A stretch of 64,000 nucleotides of DNA. It comes from Ktedonobacterales bacterium (GTDB lineage: Bacteria; Chloroflexota; Ktedonobacteria; Ktedonobacterales; JADMIN01). Below, one piece after another: positions 1 to 10,188 of the stretch. The DNA lies in the NCBI GenBank assembly GCA_035716045.1, contig DASTKI010000157.1, forward strand, positions 11,341 to 75,340. The letters are read 5' to 3'. Each line of letters opens with the position of its first letter. Positions within the stretch are counted from its first letter, which is position 1. The position numbers and the translations under genes were made by a program. The notes under the pieces are model-generated. The model did no database searches. It saw nothing but the letters and a program-made list of their open reading frames with translations, and was not told the origin of the DNA.

Positions 1-639
1 GCCGATGAGGTCGCTCACGACCAGCTCACGCTCGGAATCAACGTCGGGCTCGATGCCATGCGTGGGCAGATGGTTGGTCTTTGCCAGCTCGACACGCGAG
101 TCCCGCGTCGCGCCGCCGACCCACAGCGGGCGCCCGTCCGTGTGCCGCTCCGCGGCCTTCCAGAAGCGCACATGGTCGCGCTCACGCACGCTGCGACCTG
201 GCTTCTCGAAGGCGAAGTCCTGCCTGCGTCCAAACAGGAAGAGGTCGCTGACAGGGGCGGTCGAGTATGAGCGGGCGAGGAGCGCGTCGAGGACGATGCG
301 AATGGCGGTGAGAAGGGTGAGTTCATCCGCGCGGTACCATCCGGCGGCGACGAAGGAGGCGGCGAGTTGATCAGCCGTGCCGATGACGTGAACATTGAGT
401 GGGTCGCTCGGCTGTCCATTGCGGGAATAGTTGGTAGGTGGGATCGCCTGTCCTGGATGGACGCGCGAGGCCCGGCGCCCTGGTTGGCTGGCGTTGTGGA
501 GCCGCCGGGCGGCCCGAGCGACACGTATGGCGGCTGCCAGCAGGAACGCCAGCAGCAGCGCTCCAACGCCAAGCGCGACACGCGCTAGCGGCGGCAGCGC
601 GACCAGCCACGACCAGGCATCCGACGGCCACCCACTCAT
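1..639 (-). CDS. LssY C-terminal-domain-like protein with N-terminal TM anchor; partial (3' end beyond window start)
   Basis: Absent from the ORF track because no stop lies in the window. Manual minus-strand translation from ATG at 637-639 (GGGGAGG 9 nt upstream) gives MSGWPSDAWSWLVALPPLARVALGVGALLLAFLLAAAIRVARA...DPLNVHVIGTADQLAASFVAAGWYRADE...RDHVRFWKA...PLWVGGATRDS. The frame stays open to position 1. The family name is recalled from memory. Confidence 0.55.
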   Translation of the reverse strand, partial: MSGWPSDAWSWLVALPPLARVALGVGALLLAFLLAAAIRVARAARRLHNASQPGRRASRVHPGQAIPPTNYSRNGQPSDPLNVHVIGTADQLAASFVAAGWYRADELTLLTAIRIVLDALLARSYSTAPVSDLFLFGRRQDFAFEKPGRSVRERDHVRFWKAAERHTDGRPLWVGGATRDSRVELAKTNHLPTHGIEPDVDSERELVVSDLIG

Positions 640-749
640 GAGATGTTTCCTCCCCAATCAGACCACGCGAAGACTATACCCACGCTGGGCGCTAGTATAC
701 ACCGGCAGGCGGGCGAGAGCGCGGCGATTGGTGGACGAGAGGATTTAGG

Positions 750-1571
750 TCAGGAGGGTTGGCCCTCCAGCGCGCTGGGCTGGTCTGGTTCTGGAGGCGC
801 GTCAGATGGGACCAGCGCGGGGAGGTCAGAAGGCATTCCAGGATAGCGGGGGGCGCTCGCGCCTGGGCCGAGCGCGTCGGGCGCTAGCGTGAGCAGGCTC
901 GCCTTGCGCTCCAGCGCCAGCGCGATCAGATCAACGCAGCTATCGAAATCCAGGATGCTGGTGTTGAGGATGAGGTCATAGAGCGTGATGTCCTCGACGC
1001 GACGCGCATGTGTCAGCCAGAGATATCGCTGGCGGTCGTGGTCTTTCCTCTGGATGCGGCGCAGGGCGGCGTCGTGATCGAGCGCCTCGCGGCGGGAGAC
1101 GTAGAGAATGCGCTGTTCGAGCGGGGCGACAATACGCACGTGAAGCGCGTCACCTCTCTCCTGGAGAAGCGCTTGCGCGCCGCGACCGACGATCACAGCC
1201 CGGCCGATAGCGACCACGCCAAGCAGCGTTTCGTGGAGCGCGACCGCGTAATCATACGCCTGCGGCGCCATGAGTGGGTCTGAGAAGCTGAGGAGCGAAG
1301 GCGGCGCGGGCTCCGCGGCGCGGAAGCCGCGGAGGATATGATCCACAACCCCTTCCGCCCGCTCGTCACGCTGGGCGGCGTCGTCTACGGTCACACCAAG
1401 GCGGCGGGCGACCTCCTCGATCACCTCGTGATCAACCAGGCGCCAGCCCAGGCGCCTGGCCAGGCGCGCGGCGATCTCGCCGCCGCCGCTGCCATACTGG
1501 CGAGAGATGGTGATCGCGCGCATCTCAGGAGGTAGAGCTCCCACACTGGCGCTTTCCGTAGACTCACTCAT
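750..1571 (-). CDS. cytidylate kinase-like family protein (NMP-kinase fold)
   Basis: 273-aa ORF. The N-terminus carries ITISRQYGSGGGEIAARLARRLGW, typical of the cytidylate-kinase-like family. The C-terminal tail is Pro-rich. The true start may be the internal Met at 1523. Confidence 0.7.
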   Translation of the reverse strand: MSESTESASVGALPPEMRAITISRQYGSGGGEIAARLARRLGWRLVDHEVIEEVARRLGVTVDDAAQRDERAEGVVDHILRGFRAAEPAPPSLLSFSDPLMAPQAYDYAVALHETLLGVVAIGRAVIVGRGAQALLQERGDALHVRIVAPLEQRILYVSRREALDHDAALRRIQRKDHDRQRYLWLTHARRVEDITLYDLILNTSILDFDSCVDLIALALERKASLLTLAPDALGPGASAPRYPGMPSDLPALVPSDAPPEPDQPSALEGQPS

Positions 1572-1832
1572 CCTTGGCGCCTCGGTTCTGAATCGGGCCG
1601 TGCTTGGTTATAGCGGGGACCGCCCTGTGGTATCAGCATACCTTGCAGGTGAACAGACGGCAACTCTCGTGGTAGCGTTTGGCTGGTGGCGCGTGCCATA
1701 CTGGAGCAGGGCGCAGCGGCTGGCGTCGCTTCGCGGGAAGGCGCCAAACCTGGCCACGCCCTTCACCGTCAATTCGTGCGTATGCCCTGCTCTGGCGAAG
1801 AGTGGCTACGATCTGTGAACAGGGGCTATGTC

Positions 1833-2999
1833 GTGGTGCATGTGAATTACGCGGCGCGCCTGGCGAAGACGCGCCAGCGCGTCGAGGAGGCGGGCCTGGA
1901 TGGCCTGCTGGTCGTCAGTCAGTATAACCGGCGCTATCTGACCGGCTTTACGCCAGCGGACCATGATGTCACCGAGTCCGCCGGACTGGCGCTGGTGACA
2001 CGCGGCGATCTGGCGCTCATTACCTCGACGTTCGCGCTCAACGGCATTGAGGATGAGGTCAAGCCGAGCGGGGTGACGGTCATGCTGACCGATGGCGACT
2101 TCCCCTGGAACGTGGTGGCGAAGGCGCTGCGCGACGAGGGTGGCGTCAAGCGGCTGGGCTTCGAGAAAGAGTGGATCTCCTACGAGCGCTACGCCCGCTT
2201 CCATGAGGCGCTGAGCGATGAGGTCGAGTTGGTCCCCGTGGATGACATGATCGAGGGGGTGCGCGCGACAAAGGATGACGCGGAGATCGCAGCCATGCGC
2301 CGCGCCGCCGATGTCGCCAATCGCGCGTTCGCGGCGCTGCTGGGGGAACTGCGCGTGGGGATGACCGAGCGGCAGATCGCGGCGACGCTGGAGCGGCTGA
2401 TGATTGATCTGGGCGCGGAGGGACCGAGCTTTCCAACCATCGTTGGTGGCGGCCCGGGCGGCGCCTTGCCGCACTGGGTTCCCAGCGACCGCCCTGTTCA
2501 GGCGGGCGAGCCGCTGCTGATTGACTTCGGCTGTCGGGTGGATGGCTATTGCTCCGACCTGACACGCACGATCTGCATCGGTGAGCCAGACGCGAAGCTG
2601 GTGGAGATCTATGGCGTGGTGCGCGCGGCGCAGGACGCTGCGCTCGACGCGCTGCGCTCCGGCGTGCGGAGTGGGCACGACATGGACGCGGCGGCGCGCA
2701 AGGTGATCGAGGATGCGGGCTATGGCAAAGAGTTCATACATAGTCTGGGGCATGGCGTCGGGCTGGCGGTGCATGAACTGCCGGCCGTTCGCAAGGCGCG
2801 CGCTACCACCCCAGAAGCCGAGGCCGAGATGGCGGAGATGGACCGCATCGGGACGAATTCGGTGGTGACGAACGAGCCGGGCATCTACCTCGCCGGCTGG
2901 GGCGGCGTGCGGCTGGAGGACATGATCCTCGTGGGCGCCGACGGTGTGGAGGTGTTCACGGACCGCAACCCCGAGCGGATCGTGACCGTCGCGGGATGA
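1833..2999 (+). CDS. M24-family Xaa-Pro aminopeptidase
   Basis: ORF 1686-2999. Pita-bread motifs are present: [36 protein letters not shown] and VRLED. The start is placed at GTG 1833/1836 just after AGGGG. The upstream ~50 codons look non-coding, so the start is uncertain. Confidence 0.85.
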   Translation: MVHVNYAARLAKTRQRVEEAGLDGLLVVSQYNRRYLTGFTPADHDVTESAGLALVTRGDLALITSTFALNGIEDEVKPSGVTVMLTDGDFPWNVVAKALRDEGGVKRLGFEKEWISYERYARFHEALSDEVELVPVDDMIEGVRATKDDAEIAAMRRAADVANRAFAALLGELRVGMTERQIAATLERLMIDLGAEGPSFPTIVGGGPGGALPHWVPSDRPVQAGEPLLIDFGCRVDGYCSDLTRTICIGEPDAKLVEIYGVVRAAQDAALDALRSGVRSGHDMDAAARKVIEDAGYGKEFIHSLGHGVGLAVHELPAVRKARATTPEAEAEMAEMDRIGTNSVVTNEPGIYLAGWGGVRLEDMILVGADGVEVFTDRNPERIVTVAG

Positions 3000-3006
3000 G
3001 GGCGCT

Positions 3007-3810
3007 GTGATGGGGGAAGATGAGGAGGCGCGCGCCAGCCAGGGAACGCTGGCGCGCTTCTCGCTGGCGGGCAAGCGCGCGCTGGTGACGGGCGCCAGTC
3101 GGGGACTGGGGCGCGTGATCGCCTTGGCCTTGGCGGAAGCGGGCGCGGATCTCGCGATCTCAGCCCGCGACGCAGCCGCGCTGGACGGCGTCGCGGGCGA
3201 GATTCGGAGTCTGGGGCGTCTGGCAGAGCCCGTGGTAGCCGACCTCGCCGATCAGGGCGCTGCGCAGGCGGTTGTCGCGTCGGCATGGGATAGCCTGGGG
3301 CCGCTGGATGTAGTAGTGACCTGCGCGGGCATCAGCCCTATCTGGAAGCGCGGGGAGGACATCTCCGAGACGGAGTGGGACGAGATCTTCGCGCTGAACG
3401 CGCGGGCGACATTCTTCCTCTGCGTGGAGGCTGGCCGGCGGATGGCCGAGGGCGCCGGCGGCTCGATCGTCACGATGGCGTCGGTGACGGCGCTGAGCGG
3501 TGCGGCGCGCATGGCAGCCTATAGCGCGAGCAAGGCGGCGATCATCCAGTTCACGCGCACGCTGGCGGTGGAACTGGCTGACCGGCGCGTGCGGGTGAAC
3601 GCGCTGGCCCCAGGCTACATCGAGACGGACATGACGCGCGACCTGCTGCGCCATCCATACTGGGGGACGGTGATCAGGGGCGGGATTCCCATGGGGCGCG
3701 CTGGGCAGCCAGACGAGGTGGCGGCGTTGGCGCTGTATCTGGCCTCCCCGGCGTCCAGTTATGTGACGGGGCAGGTGTTCGTGGTGGATGGTGGGATGGC
3801 AGTGGGGTAG
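3007..3810 (+). CDS. SDR-family oxidoreductase (FabG-like)
   Basis: 267-aa ORF. It has the Rossmann motif [14 protein letters not shown], the NAG-like CAGI motif, and the catalytic YSASKAA. Confidence 0.9.
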   Translation: MMGEDEEARASQGTLARFSLAGKRALVTGASRGLGRVIALALAEAGADLAISARDAAALDGVAGEIRSLGRLAEPVVADLADQGAAQAVVASAWDSLGPLDVVVTCAGISPIWKRGEDISETEWDEIFALNARATFFLCVEAGRRMAEGAGGSIVTMASVTALSGAARMAAYSASKAAIIQFTRTLAVELADRRVRVNALAPGYIETDMTRDLLRHPYWGTVIRGGIPMGRAGQPDEVAALALYLASPASSYVTGQVFVVDGGMAVG

Positions 3811-3844
3811 GCGCCTGGCTAGCGCGAGATGCGGGACATGATGA

Positions 3845-3886
3845 GGCGCGGCGCACAGCTATCCAGTCTGTGCGCCGCGCCCGTTT
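3845..3886. terminator. bidirectional intrinsic terminator between convergent genes
   Basis: Perfect 14-bp GC-rich stem GGCGCGGCGCACAG (3845-3858) / CTGTGCGCCGCGCC (3868-3881) with a 9-nt loop, followed by CGTTTA. It lies between the SDR stop (3810) and the convergent small-gene stop (3898). Confidence 0.6.
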
Positions 3887-3897
3887 ACCTGAGAGCG

Positions 3898-4113
3898 CTA
3901 GGCACTCCGTGACTCGACTTCCCTGACGATCGCGTATGCTTCCGCCAGGATGGCTTCAGCGCTCTGGTTGCGCTGGGGCTCGGGGGCGGCGGCGCGCTCA
4001 CGGCACTCCCAGCAGAGTTGGCGCATCGAGCGAGAAGGCGGGGCGTTGAGATCGCCGCCGAGCTTCCACATCTGGGCGTTCTTGAGCACACGCCCGCACT
4101 GCTCACACCGCAT
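3898..4113 (-). CDS. small C4 zinc-ribbon protein (71 aa), hypothetical
   Basis: MRCEQCGRVLKNAQ...QLCWECRERAA contains CxxC...CxxC. GAGGAGG lies about 5 nt upstream of the ATG at 4113. The longer 96-aa ORF start at 4188 lacks an RBS. Confidence 0.55.
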   Translation of the reverse strand: MRCEQCGRVLKNAQMWKLGGDLNAPPSRSMRQLCWECRERAAAPEPQRNQSAEAILAEAYAIVREVESRSA

Positions 4114-4411
4114 GGGACCTCCTCTCGCGCTAACGCGATAGATCCTGAGGACGCGGTGCGCTGCTCTGCGCGACCTGGCGTCAGCCAATCAAGCTGTCCG
4201 GAGCGCGGCGTTGCGGCGGATATGGCCACAGCATACCACATGACCGCTCCATACTGTACAGAGGAAAGCGCTGGCTGTGGTTCCGGTTCTAACCAGGCAG
4301 GCGTGGTAGTTGCGCCGCGCGCCGCGGTGGGCTACAGTCAGTCATATCACGAGACATTCGGGTCGCTCCGTGCGGTGGCGTCTCCCGTTCGATCAATCAA
4401 GGACTCGTCTT

Positions 4412-5014
4412 ATGGCAGCGGAAACCGATGATGCGCCAGGCGCGCTCAGTGAGCCGATAGACATACAGCGCATTCGGGCGGCGGTGCGCGAGATTATCGT
4501 CGCGGTAGGTGAAGATCCCGCGCGTGAGGGGCTGCGTGACACGCCGCGTCGGGTCGCCGACATGTACGCCGAGGTCTTCTCTGGCCTGCGCGAAGACCCG
4601 GCGGACGTGTTGAGTGTCGGCTTTGAGGAAGGTCACCAGGAGATGGTGATCGTCAAGGATATTCCCTTCTATAGCATGTGTGAGCACCACTTCCTGCCGT
4701 TTCATGGCGTCGCCCACGTCGGCTACATTCCCAACGGGCGGGTCGTCGGTCTGTCGAAGCTGGCGCGCGCGGTGGAGATTCTCGCCCGGCGCCCGCAGCT
4801 GCAGGAGCGTCTGAGCACGCAGCTTGCGGATGTGATCATGAAGTCGCTAGAGCCGCAGGGCGTCGCGGTGGTGATATCAGCCAACCACCTCTGCATGCAG
4901 ATGCGCGGCGTGCGCAAGCCGGGAAGCCTGACTGTCACCAGCGCCATGCGTGGCGTGTTCCAGCGCAGCAGCGCCACACGCGCCGAATTCATGTCGCTGG
5001 TTGGTGAGCGCTGA
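4412..5014 (+). CDS. folE: GTP cyclohydrolase I
   Basis: Motifs [35 protein letters not shown] and RPQLQERLT. The start is set at MAAETDD (ATG 4412); the upstream 34 codons of the ORF look non-coding. Confidence 0.9.
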   Translation: MAAETDDAPGALSEPIDIQRIRAAVREIIVAVGEDPAREGLRDTPRRVADMYAEVFSGLREDPADVLSVGFEEGHQEMVIVKDIPFYSMCEHHFLPFHGVAHVGYIPNGRVVGLSKLARAVEILARRPQLQERLSTQLADVIMKSLEPQGVAVVISANHLCMQMRGVRKPGSLTVTSAMRGVFQRSSATRAEFMSLVGER

Positions 5015-5120
5015 ACCACCTGCGCTACGCCAAGTCCTACGCGGGTTGCCCGACGTATGCGCCGGGCTTACAATTCGGGCAGGGCAGGCTATGCGGCAGT
5101 GGAGGCTTGAGGAGGCGCGA

Positions 5121-6023
5121 ATGAAGCCTGGTGAAGCAGGCCGAACAATCACCGGCGGCCCGCGCTTGGCATCGGCGGCGGGCGGCTGGGACACGCGCTT
5201 GTATGATGGGCTGCGCGTGGCGCGCATCGCTCCCGACGTGCGCGCGGGGCTGGGCGCGGCGCTTGGTCAGATTGGTGTCGAGGCGGAATACCTGCTGGTG
5301 CTGGTTTCAGCGTTTCCAGGCGAGACGCGGCCTTCGCGCGCGGTTGGCGCGCTCTTCCTCAACAGGCTGACGACGGCGCTGGAGCGGTTGGTAGAGGCCG
5401 CCGCTAACCTCGAAGTGGCCACGCAGAGCTTCCTCAACGCCCTGGATGAGGGGTATCCCGAACTGCGCCACGCGCGCGGCTGGTCGGGCGCATGGTGGCC
5501 GGCGTTCGCGGGCTACACGCTGCCGGGAGCGCCCCTGGAGGCGCGGCTGCGGCGTTGTGGCTACGCGTACCGCCACGTCCTCGAGTCGCGCCTGCCAACG
5601 CATATGGAAGCGATTCTTGAGCAGATGGCGCTGACGCTGTACGCGCTGAGCGCGCTGCCTCCCGCTGGTGTGACGCCAGTGGCCTCGCTGGCGCAGGGGC
5701 TGGACGAGCTCTCGTCGGCGGCGCAGGGCGAGATCGTCCCAAGGCATATCACGGGCCTAACCGGCGATGTCCGCTACCCCGGCGCGCTAGCGGCTATCGA
5801 GCTGCTGCTGGCGCTCGATTCGCGAGGCGACACATCACTGGAGAGCGATATCGCATGGGCGCGCGCCCAGTATGTGGCTGCGCGCAACGAAGAGGCGCGC
5901 CTGCAAACGCTGCCGGGCCAGGACCATGCGCGCGCCGTAGCGGCGCATGACGCCTACGGGTGGGCGACGACAGTGGGCCTGCTCGAAGGCATGCGGCGCT
6001 ATGAGCGAGTTACGGGGCATTAG
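5121..6023 (+). CDS. hypothetical protein (about 300 aa, predicted all-alpha)
   Basis: Long GC3-rich ORF. ATG 5121 is preceded by GGAGG at 5110-5114. I recognise no family. Confidence 0.6.
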   Translation: MKPGEAGRTITGGPRLASAAGGWDTRLYDGLRVARIAPDVRAGLGAALGQIGVEAEYLLVLVSAFPGETRPSRAVGALFLNRLTTALERLVEAAANLEVATQSFLNALDEGYPELRHARGWSGAWWPAFAGYTLPGAPLEARLRRCGYAYRHVLESRLPTHMEAILEQMALTLYALSALPPAGVTPVASLAQGLDELSSAAQGEIVPRHITGLTGDVRYPGALAAIELLLALDSRGDTSLESDIAWARAQYVAARNEEARLQTLPGQDHARAVAAHDAYGWATTVGLLEGMRRYERVTGH

Positions 6024-6155
6024 TGTAGCGGCGGCTTGGCGTCTACCGCCGACTGGTTTTGTTGGGCGCCTAGGCTGCTGCTACAATGCCCTAAGAGCGC
6101 CAGATAGGTGTGCGTACGATTCTGACGCCCCAGAACCCACAGGGATCACTTCGCC

Positions 6156-6719
6156 ATGATGGAAGACCTCGACGATATGCCTTCGCCCGCACAAGCGGCG
6201 ACTTCGGCCCCTTCCGCGGCGTCCGTCGCGCCGCGGACTCCAGTCACAGCGCGGCAATGGGTCAGCCCCGGCGTGAGCCTACGGAAGCGGATCGTGACTG
6301 GGATTGGTGTCGCGCTGGCGGCGACGCTGTTCATCCTGATCGCGCTCTACGAGCAGACCTCGATGCTGGTCAGCACGATCATCGGCGCGATCTTCATCCT
6401 GGGGTTCATTGGCTACCTCCGCGTGGTCGCGCCCACTCCATATACGCTGCAACTTGACGAGAGCGGCGTGACGCGAACCAATCGCGGCGCTGAGCCGTCG
6501 CTGATACCCTGGGGCGAGGTGGCGCGGGTCAAAGAAGAGCGGTTCAAGAACGGCGTCTCGATCAGCGTGACGGTCTACAAGCGCGTGGGCGCGCGGGGGC
6601 TGCACCGCGCTTGGGTGGTCTATCGCGACGACATCCCCGATTTCGATAGCTTCGTTCAGGTGTTCTCGTCTGCTCTGCCAGAGAACGCGCCCTGGATGCG
6701 CGAGACGGTGCACGAATAG
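6156..6719 (+). CDS. hypothetical membrane protein (2 TM plus C-terminal bPH/YdbT-like domain?)
   Basis: 187-aa ORF with two hydrophobic helices (IVTGIGVALAATLFILIALY and LVSTIIGAIFILGFIGYL). These are followed by YTLQLDESGVTRTN...IPWGEVARVK, reminiscent of bacterial PH domains. A TACAAT -10-like hexamer lies at about 6085. Confidence 0.6.
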   Translation: MMEDLDDMPSPAQAATSAPSAASVAPRTPVTARQWVSPGVSLRKRIVTGIGVALAATLFILIALYEQTSMLVSTIIGAIFILGFIGYLRVVAPTPYTLQLDESGVTRTNRGAEPSLIPWGEVARVKEERFKNGVSISVTVYKRVGARGLHRAWVVYRDDIPDFDSFVQVFSSALPENAPWMRETVHE

Positions 6720-6754
6720 CGCGCAGAGCGCGTAGGCGCGAGGAGGGACCGGCG

Positions 6755-6976
6755 GTGGGCTTGAGTGATATTCCCTTTTGGGGCCGTGTGGCGGCGGAGC
6801 TGGCGAACGTTGGGCTCGATCGGATGGGCGCCCGCGCCTGCGCGACGAGGGGCCACAGGTGGCGCAACGTGAAGGCGATCGTGCTGCGTGAGGACGGCGG
6901 CGTGGAGGAGCGCGCTCGTGGCGCGGCCCAGCGGTGTAGCCGCTGCGGCGCGACGCGGGAGAAGCCCGAGGAGTAG
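6755..6976 (+). CDS. small hypothetical protein (73 aa) with C..H...CxxC zinc-ribbon-like pattern
   Basis: GTG start preceded by GAGGAGGG (about 8 nt). Codons are GC3-rich. Pattern: ACATRGHRW...RCSRCGATRE. Confidence 0.4.
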   Translation: MGLSDIPFWGRVAAELANVGLDRMGARACATRGHRWRNVKAIVLREDGGVEERARGAAQRCSRCGATREKPEE

Positions 6977-7041
6977 TCCAGGTGGGCTAAGTGACGCCGC
7001 ACGGGGCGCTCGTTGGGATAGCGGGGACACAGGATGGCGGC

Positions 7042-8358
7042 GTGCATGAACCTAGCAATGTAGTCGAGCTCATCCGGCGCAAGCGTGATGGTGGGGAGTT
7101 GACGGCTAGCGAGATTGACTGGCTGATAGGCTCCTACACTCGCGACGCGATACCGGACTATCAAGTGGCCGCCTTCCTGATGGCGGTCGTTTGGCGTGGC
7201 ATGTCTGAGGATGAGACGGTCGCGCTGACGCTGGCGATGGCGCGCTCAGGCTCCCAGCTTCGGCTTCGTGAGCGCTTTGGGCTGGTGGCGGACAAGCACA
7301 GCACGGGCGGCGTGGGCGACAAGATGACGCTGGTGGTCGCGCCAGTCGTCGCTGCCTGCGGGCTGTCGGTCGCCAAGATGGCCGGGCGCGGCCTGGGCCA
7401 CACTGGCGGCACGATCGACAAGCTCGAGTCCATCCCCGGCATGCGGACGGAATTGACTGCCGACGAGTTCGTCTCGCTGGTGGAGCGGCACGGGCTGGCG
7501 CTGGCGGCGCAATCGAGCGAGTTGGCGCCAGCGGACGGCAAGCTCTACGGGCTGCGCGACCTGACGGCGACGGTCGAAAGCATCCCGCTGATCGCCGCGA
7601 GCATCATGAGCAAGAAGCTGGCCGTTGGCCCCTCCGACCTGCTGCTCGATGTCAAGGTCGGACGAGGCGCCTTCATGAAGACCGAGGCCGACGCTCGCGC
7701 GCTGGCGGCGTTGATGGTCCGCATCGGGCGCGCGGCAGGGATACGGACGACCGCGATTCTGACGGCGATGGAGCAGCCGCTGGGTTGGGCGGTGGGTAAC
7801 GCGCTGGAGATCGCGGAAGCCATCGCGGCGCTGCAGGGTGAAGGTCCACTCGATGTGATGGCGCTGTGCCTGCATGAATCGGCGCTACTGCTGCGCTCCG
7901 CCGGGCTGGTCGCGACGTTGGCGGAGGGTGAGGCGCGCGCGAAGGCTGTGATCGCGTCGGGCGCGGCGCTAGAGAAGCTAACGGAGGTAGTCGCCGGGCA
8001 GGGCGGCGATGCTGATGTCATCCGTGATCCGAGCCAGCTACCGCACGCGCGGGTCGTGCGGGCAGTGAGCGCTCCGCGTTCTGGCTGGGTGGCGTCGTGG
8101 GCCGCGGATGAGATGGGCGCAGTGGCGATGACGCTTGGCGCGGGGCGCGCCCGCAAGGGCGACGCCATCGCGCCGGAGGTTGGCCTGCGGCTGCGTGCCA
8201 AGGCGGGCGATTGCGTAGAAGCCGGCGCGCCACTTGCCGAGATTCACGCTCGGAGTGAGAACAACGCGGAAGCCGCCGAGCGGCGGCTGCTCGCGGCAAT
8301 CACCTGGGGCGACACGCCAGTCGAGCGGCCGCCGCTGATTCTGGGTGAGGTTGGCTGA
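7042..8358 (+). CDS. deoA: thymidine / pyrimidine-nucleoside phosphorylase
   Basis: ORF 6991-8358. Motifs: ELIRRKRDGGELTASEIDWLI, DYQVAAFLMAV and DKHSTGGVGDK. The start is either GTG 7042 or GTG 6991. Confidence 0.9.
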   Translation: MHEPSNVVELIRRKRDGGELTASEIDWLIGSYTRDAIPDYQVAAFLMAVVWRGMSEDETVALTLAMARSGSQLRLRERFGLVADKHSTGGVGDKMTLVVAPVVAACGLSVAKMAGRGLGHTGGTIDKLESIPGMRTELTADEFVSLVERHGLALAAQSSELAPADGKLYGLRDLTATVESIPLIAASIMSKKLAVGPSDLLLDVKVGRGAFMKTEADARALAALMVRIGRAAGIRTTAILTAMEQPLGWAVGNALEIAEAIAALQGEGPLDVMALCLHESALLLRSAGLVATLAEGEARAKAVIASGAALEKLTEVVAGQGGDADVIRDPSQLPHARVVRAVSAPRSGWVASWAADEMGAVAMTLGAGRARKGDAIAPEVGLRLRAKAGDCVEAGAPLAEIHARSENNAEAAERRLLAAITWGDTPVERPPLILGEVG

Positions 8359-8368
8359 GGCTGCGCGC

Positions 8369-10186
8369 TCAGGCTCCGGTGACGGATTCAGCGTACTGGA
8401 GCTCATAGAGACGCTTGTAGTAGCCGTTGCGCGCCAGCAGGTCGTCGTGTGAGCCTTGCTCGACGATGCGGCCCTTATGCAGGACGATGATGCGGTCGAC
8501 GTGGCGGATGGTGGAGAGCCGGTGGGCGATGATGATCGAGGTCCGCCCGCGCATGAGCTTCTCCAGCGCGTCCTGGATGAGCGCCTCGGTCGCGGTGTCC
8601 ACGCTGCTCGTCGCTTCATCCAGGATCAAGAGGACTTCAGGGTTGAAGGCGATGGCGCGCGCGAAGGCCAGCAGCTGTTTCTGGCCCACGGAGAGGCCCG
8701 CGCCGCGCTCGCGCGTAACCTCGTCATAGCCGTTGGGGAGCTGCTCGATGAACCCGGCGGCGTTGACGAAGCGCGCCGCTTCGCGGACGCGCTCATCGCT
8801 GATGTCGCTCTCGCCCAGACGGATATTGCTCGCGATGGTGCCCGCGAAGATGAATGGGTCCTGCAGGACGGCGCCGATGTGGCGGCGCAGATCAGCCTGC
8901 GCCACGTCGCGCACGTTGACGCCATCCAGCAGGACCTCGCCGCGCTGGACATCGTAGAAGCGCGACATCAGGCTGATGAGTGAGGTCTTGCCGGCCCCCG
9001 TCGCGCCGACGAACGCGACGCTCTCGCCCGGCTCGATGCGGAACGAGACGCCTTTGAGCACCCACTCTTCGCGGTTGTAGGAGAACCACACATCGCGGAA
9101 CTCGACCGCGCCGCGCACGCTCGTTAGCGGGATGGGGTTGGCCGGATCGGCGATGGTTACCGGCTCGTCCAGCACGCGGAAGATGCGCTCGGAGCTAGCC
9201 ATCGCGGATTGCAGCGTCGTGTATCGGTCAGCCAGATCACGGACCGGCAGGAAGAAGCGGTCGGTGTATTGCAGGAAGGCGACCAGCGCGCCCAGGCTGA
9301 GCAGGCCCGCGACGGTTTGTCCCCCGCCGACGCGCACGATCAGCGCTGTGGCCACCGCCGCGAAGAGATTCACAACGGGCAGGAATGCCGCGAAGAGTGT
9401 CAGCGAGCGCAAGGTCGTGCGGTAGTAATCGTGGTTGAGGTCGTCGAAGTAGCCGAAGTTGCGGTCTTCGCGGTTGAAGAGCTGGACAACCTGCGTTCCG
9501 GCGATGTTCTCGGCGACATTGGCGTTGATGCGCGCCAGGCGCACGCGGATGGCGCGGAAGACCTCGCGCATGACGCGCTGGAACCGCGAGGTGGCGAAGG
9601 CGAGCGGCGGGATCACCAGGCAGACGACCAGCGCAAGCTGCCAGTTTTCCACGAACAGGATGATGATAATGCCTACCAGCGTCAGCAGGTCAGTCAGCAG
9701 CGCAACCGAGCCCGAAGTGAACAGGTCGTTGATGGCGTCCACATCGTTGGTGATGCGGGTCATCAGCCGGCCTACGGGGTTGTGGTCGAAGAAGCCGAGC
9801 GAGAGCCGCTGCATATGCCTGAATAGCGACGAGCGCAGGTCGTACATGATGCGCTGGCCGAGCACGCTGAGCGCGAAAGTCTGGGAGTAGCGCAGGCCAA
9901 AGCCCACAGCGAGCGTGAGCAGGTAGAGCCCGCCCATCAGCAGCGCGCCATTCATGCGGTCGGCGACGCTCATGGCGCTGGGGTGGGTGGGGGCGATGTA
10001 GCGGTCGATCGCGAGCTGGGTGATGAATGGGGCGAGCAGGTCGTCGCCGACGACTAGCAGCGCGACCAGCAGCGTGATGGAGCCCTGGCGCTTGTATGGC
10101 CGGACGAACTCCCAGATCCGCCGGACGAGTCGCGCGTCATACGCCTTGCCGAGAATCTCGTCATCCTGGAAGAATGACTGCGCCAC
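8369..10186 (-). CDS. ABC transporter permease/ATPase fusion (exporter half-transporter)
   Basis: 605 aa. N-terminal 6-TM domain, Walker A GATGAGKTS, signature LSVGQKQ, Walker B ILILDEATS, and H-loop IIIAHR. Confidence 0.9.
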   Translation of the reverse strand: MAQSFFQDDEILGKAYDARLVRRIWEFVRPYKRQGSITLLVALLVVGDDLLAPFITQLAIDRYIAPTHPSAMSVADRMNGALLMGGLYLLTLAVGFGLRYSQTFALSVLGQRIMYDLRSSLFRHMQRLSLGFFDHNPVGRLMTRITNDVDAINDLFTSGSVALLTDLLTLVGIIIILFVENWQLALVVCLVIPPLAFATSRFQRVMREVFRAIRVRLARINANVAENIAGTQVVQLFNREDRNFGYFDDLNHDYYRTTLRSLTLFAAFLPVVNLFAAVATALIVRVGGGQTVAGLLSLGALVAFLQYTDRFFLPVRDLADRYTTLQSAMASSERIFRVLDEPVTIADPANPIPLTSVRGAVEFRDVWFSYNREEWVLKGVSFRIEPGESVAFVGATGAGKTSLISLMSRFYDVQRGEVLLDGVNVRDVAQADLRRHIGAVLQDPFIFAGTIASNIRLGESDISDERVREAARFVNAAGFIEQLPNGYDEVTRERGAGLSVGQKQLLAFARAIAFNPEVLLILDEATSSVDTATEALIQDALEKLMRGRTSIIIAHRLSTIRHVDRIIVLHKGRIVEQGSHDDLLARNGYYKRLYELQYAESVTGA

Positions 10187-10188
10187 CG

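Noticed and set aside
1806-3074. 422-aa minus-strand ORF
   Set aside because: It is antisense shadow of the M24 peptidase gene. It is Arg/His/Leu/Ala-rich with no recognisable motifs. The sense frame carries clear pita-bread motifs.
4190-4411. Possible THF, ZTP or preQ1 riboswitch in the 220-nt region upstream of folE
   Set aside because: I could not find the conserved cores as I recall them (for example the ZTP CCGCCUGGGC 3' element or the THF junction motifs). The only way to settle this is an Rfam cmscan.
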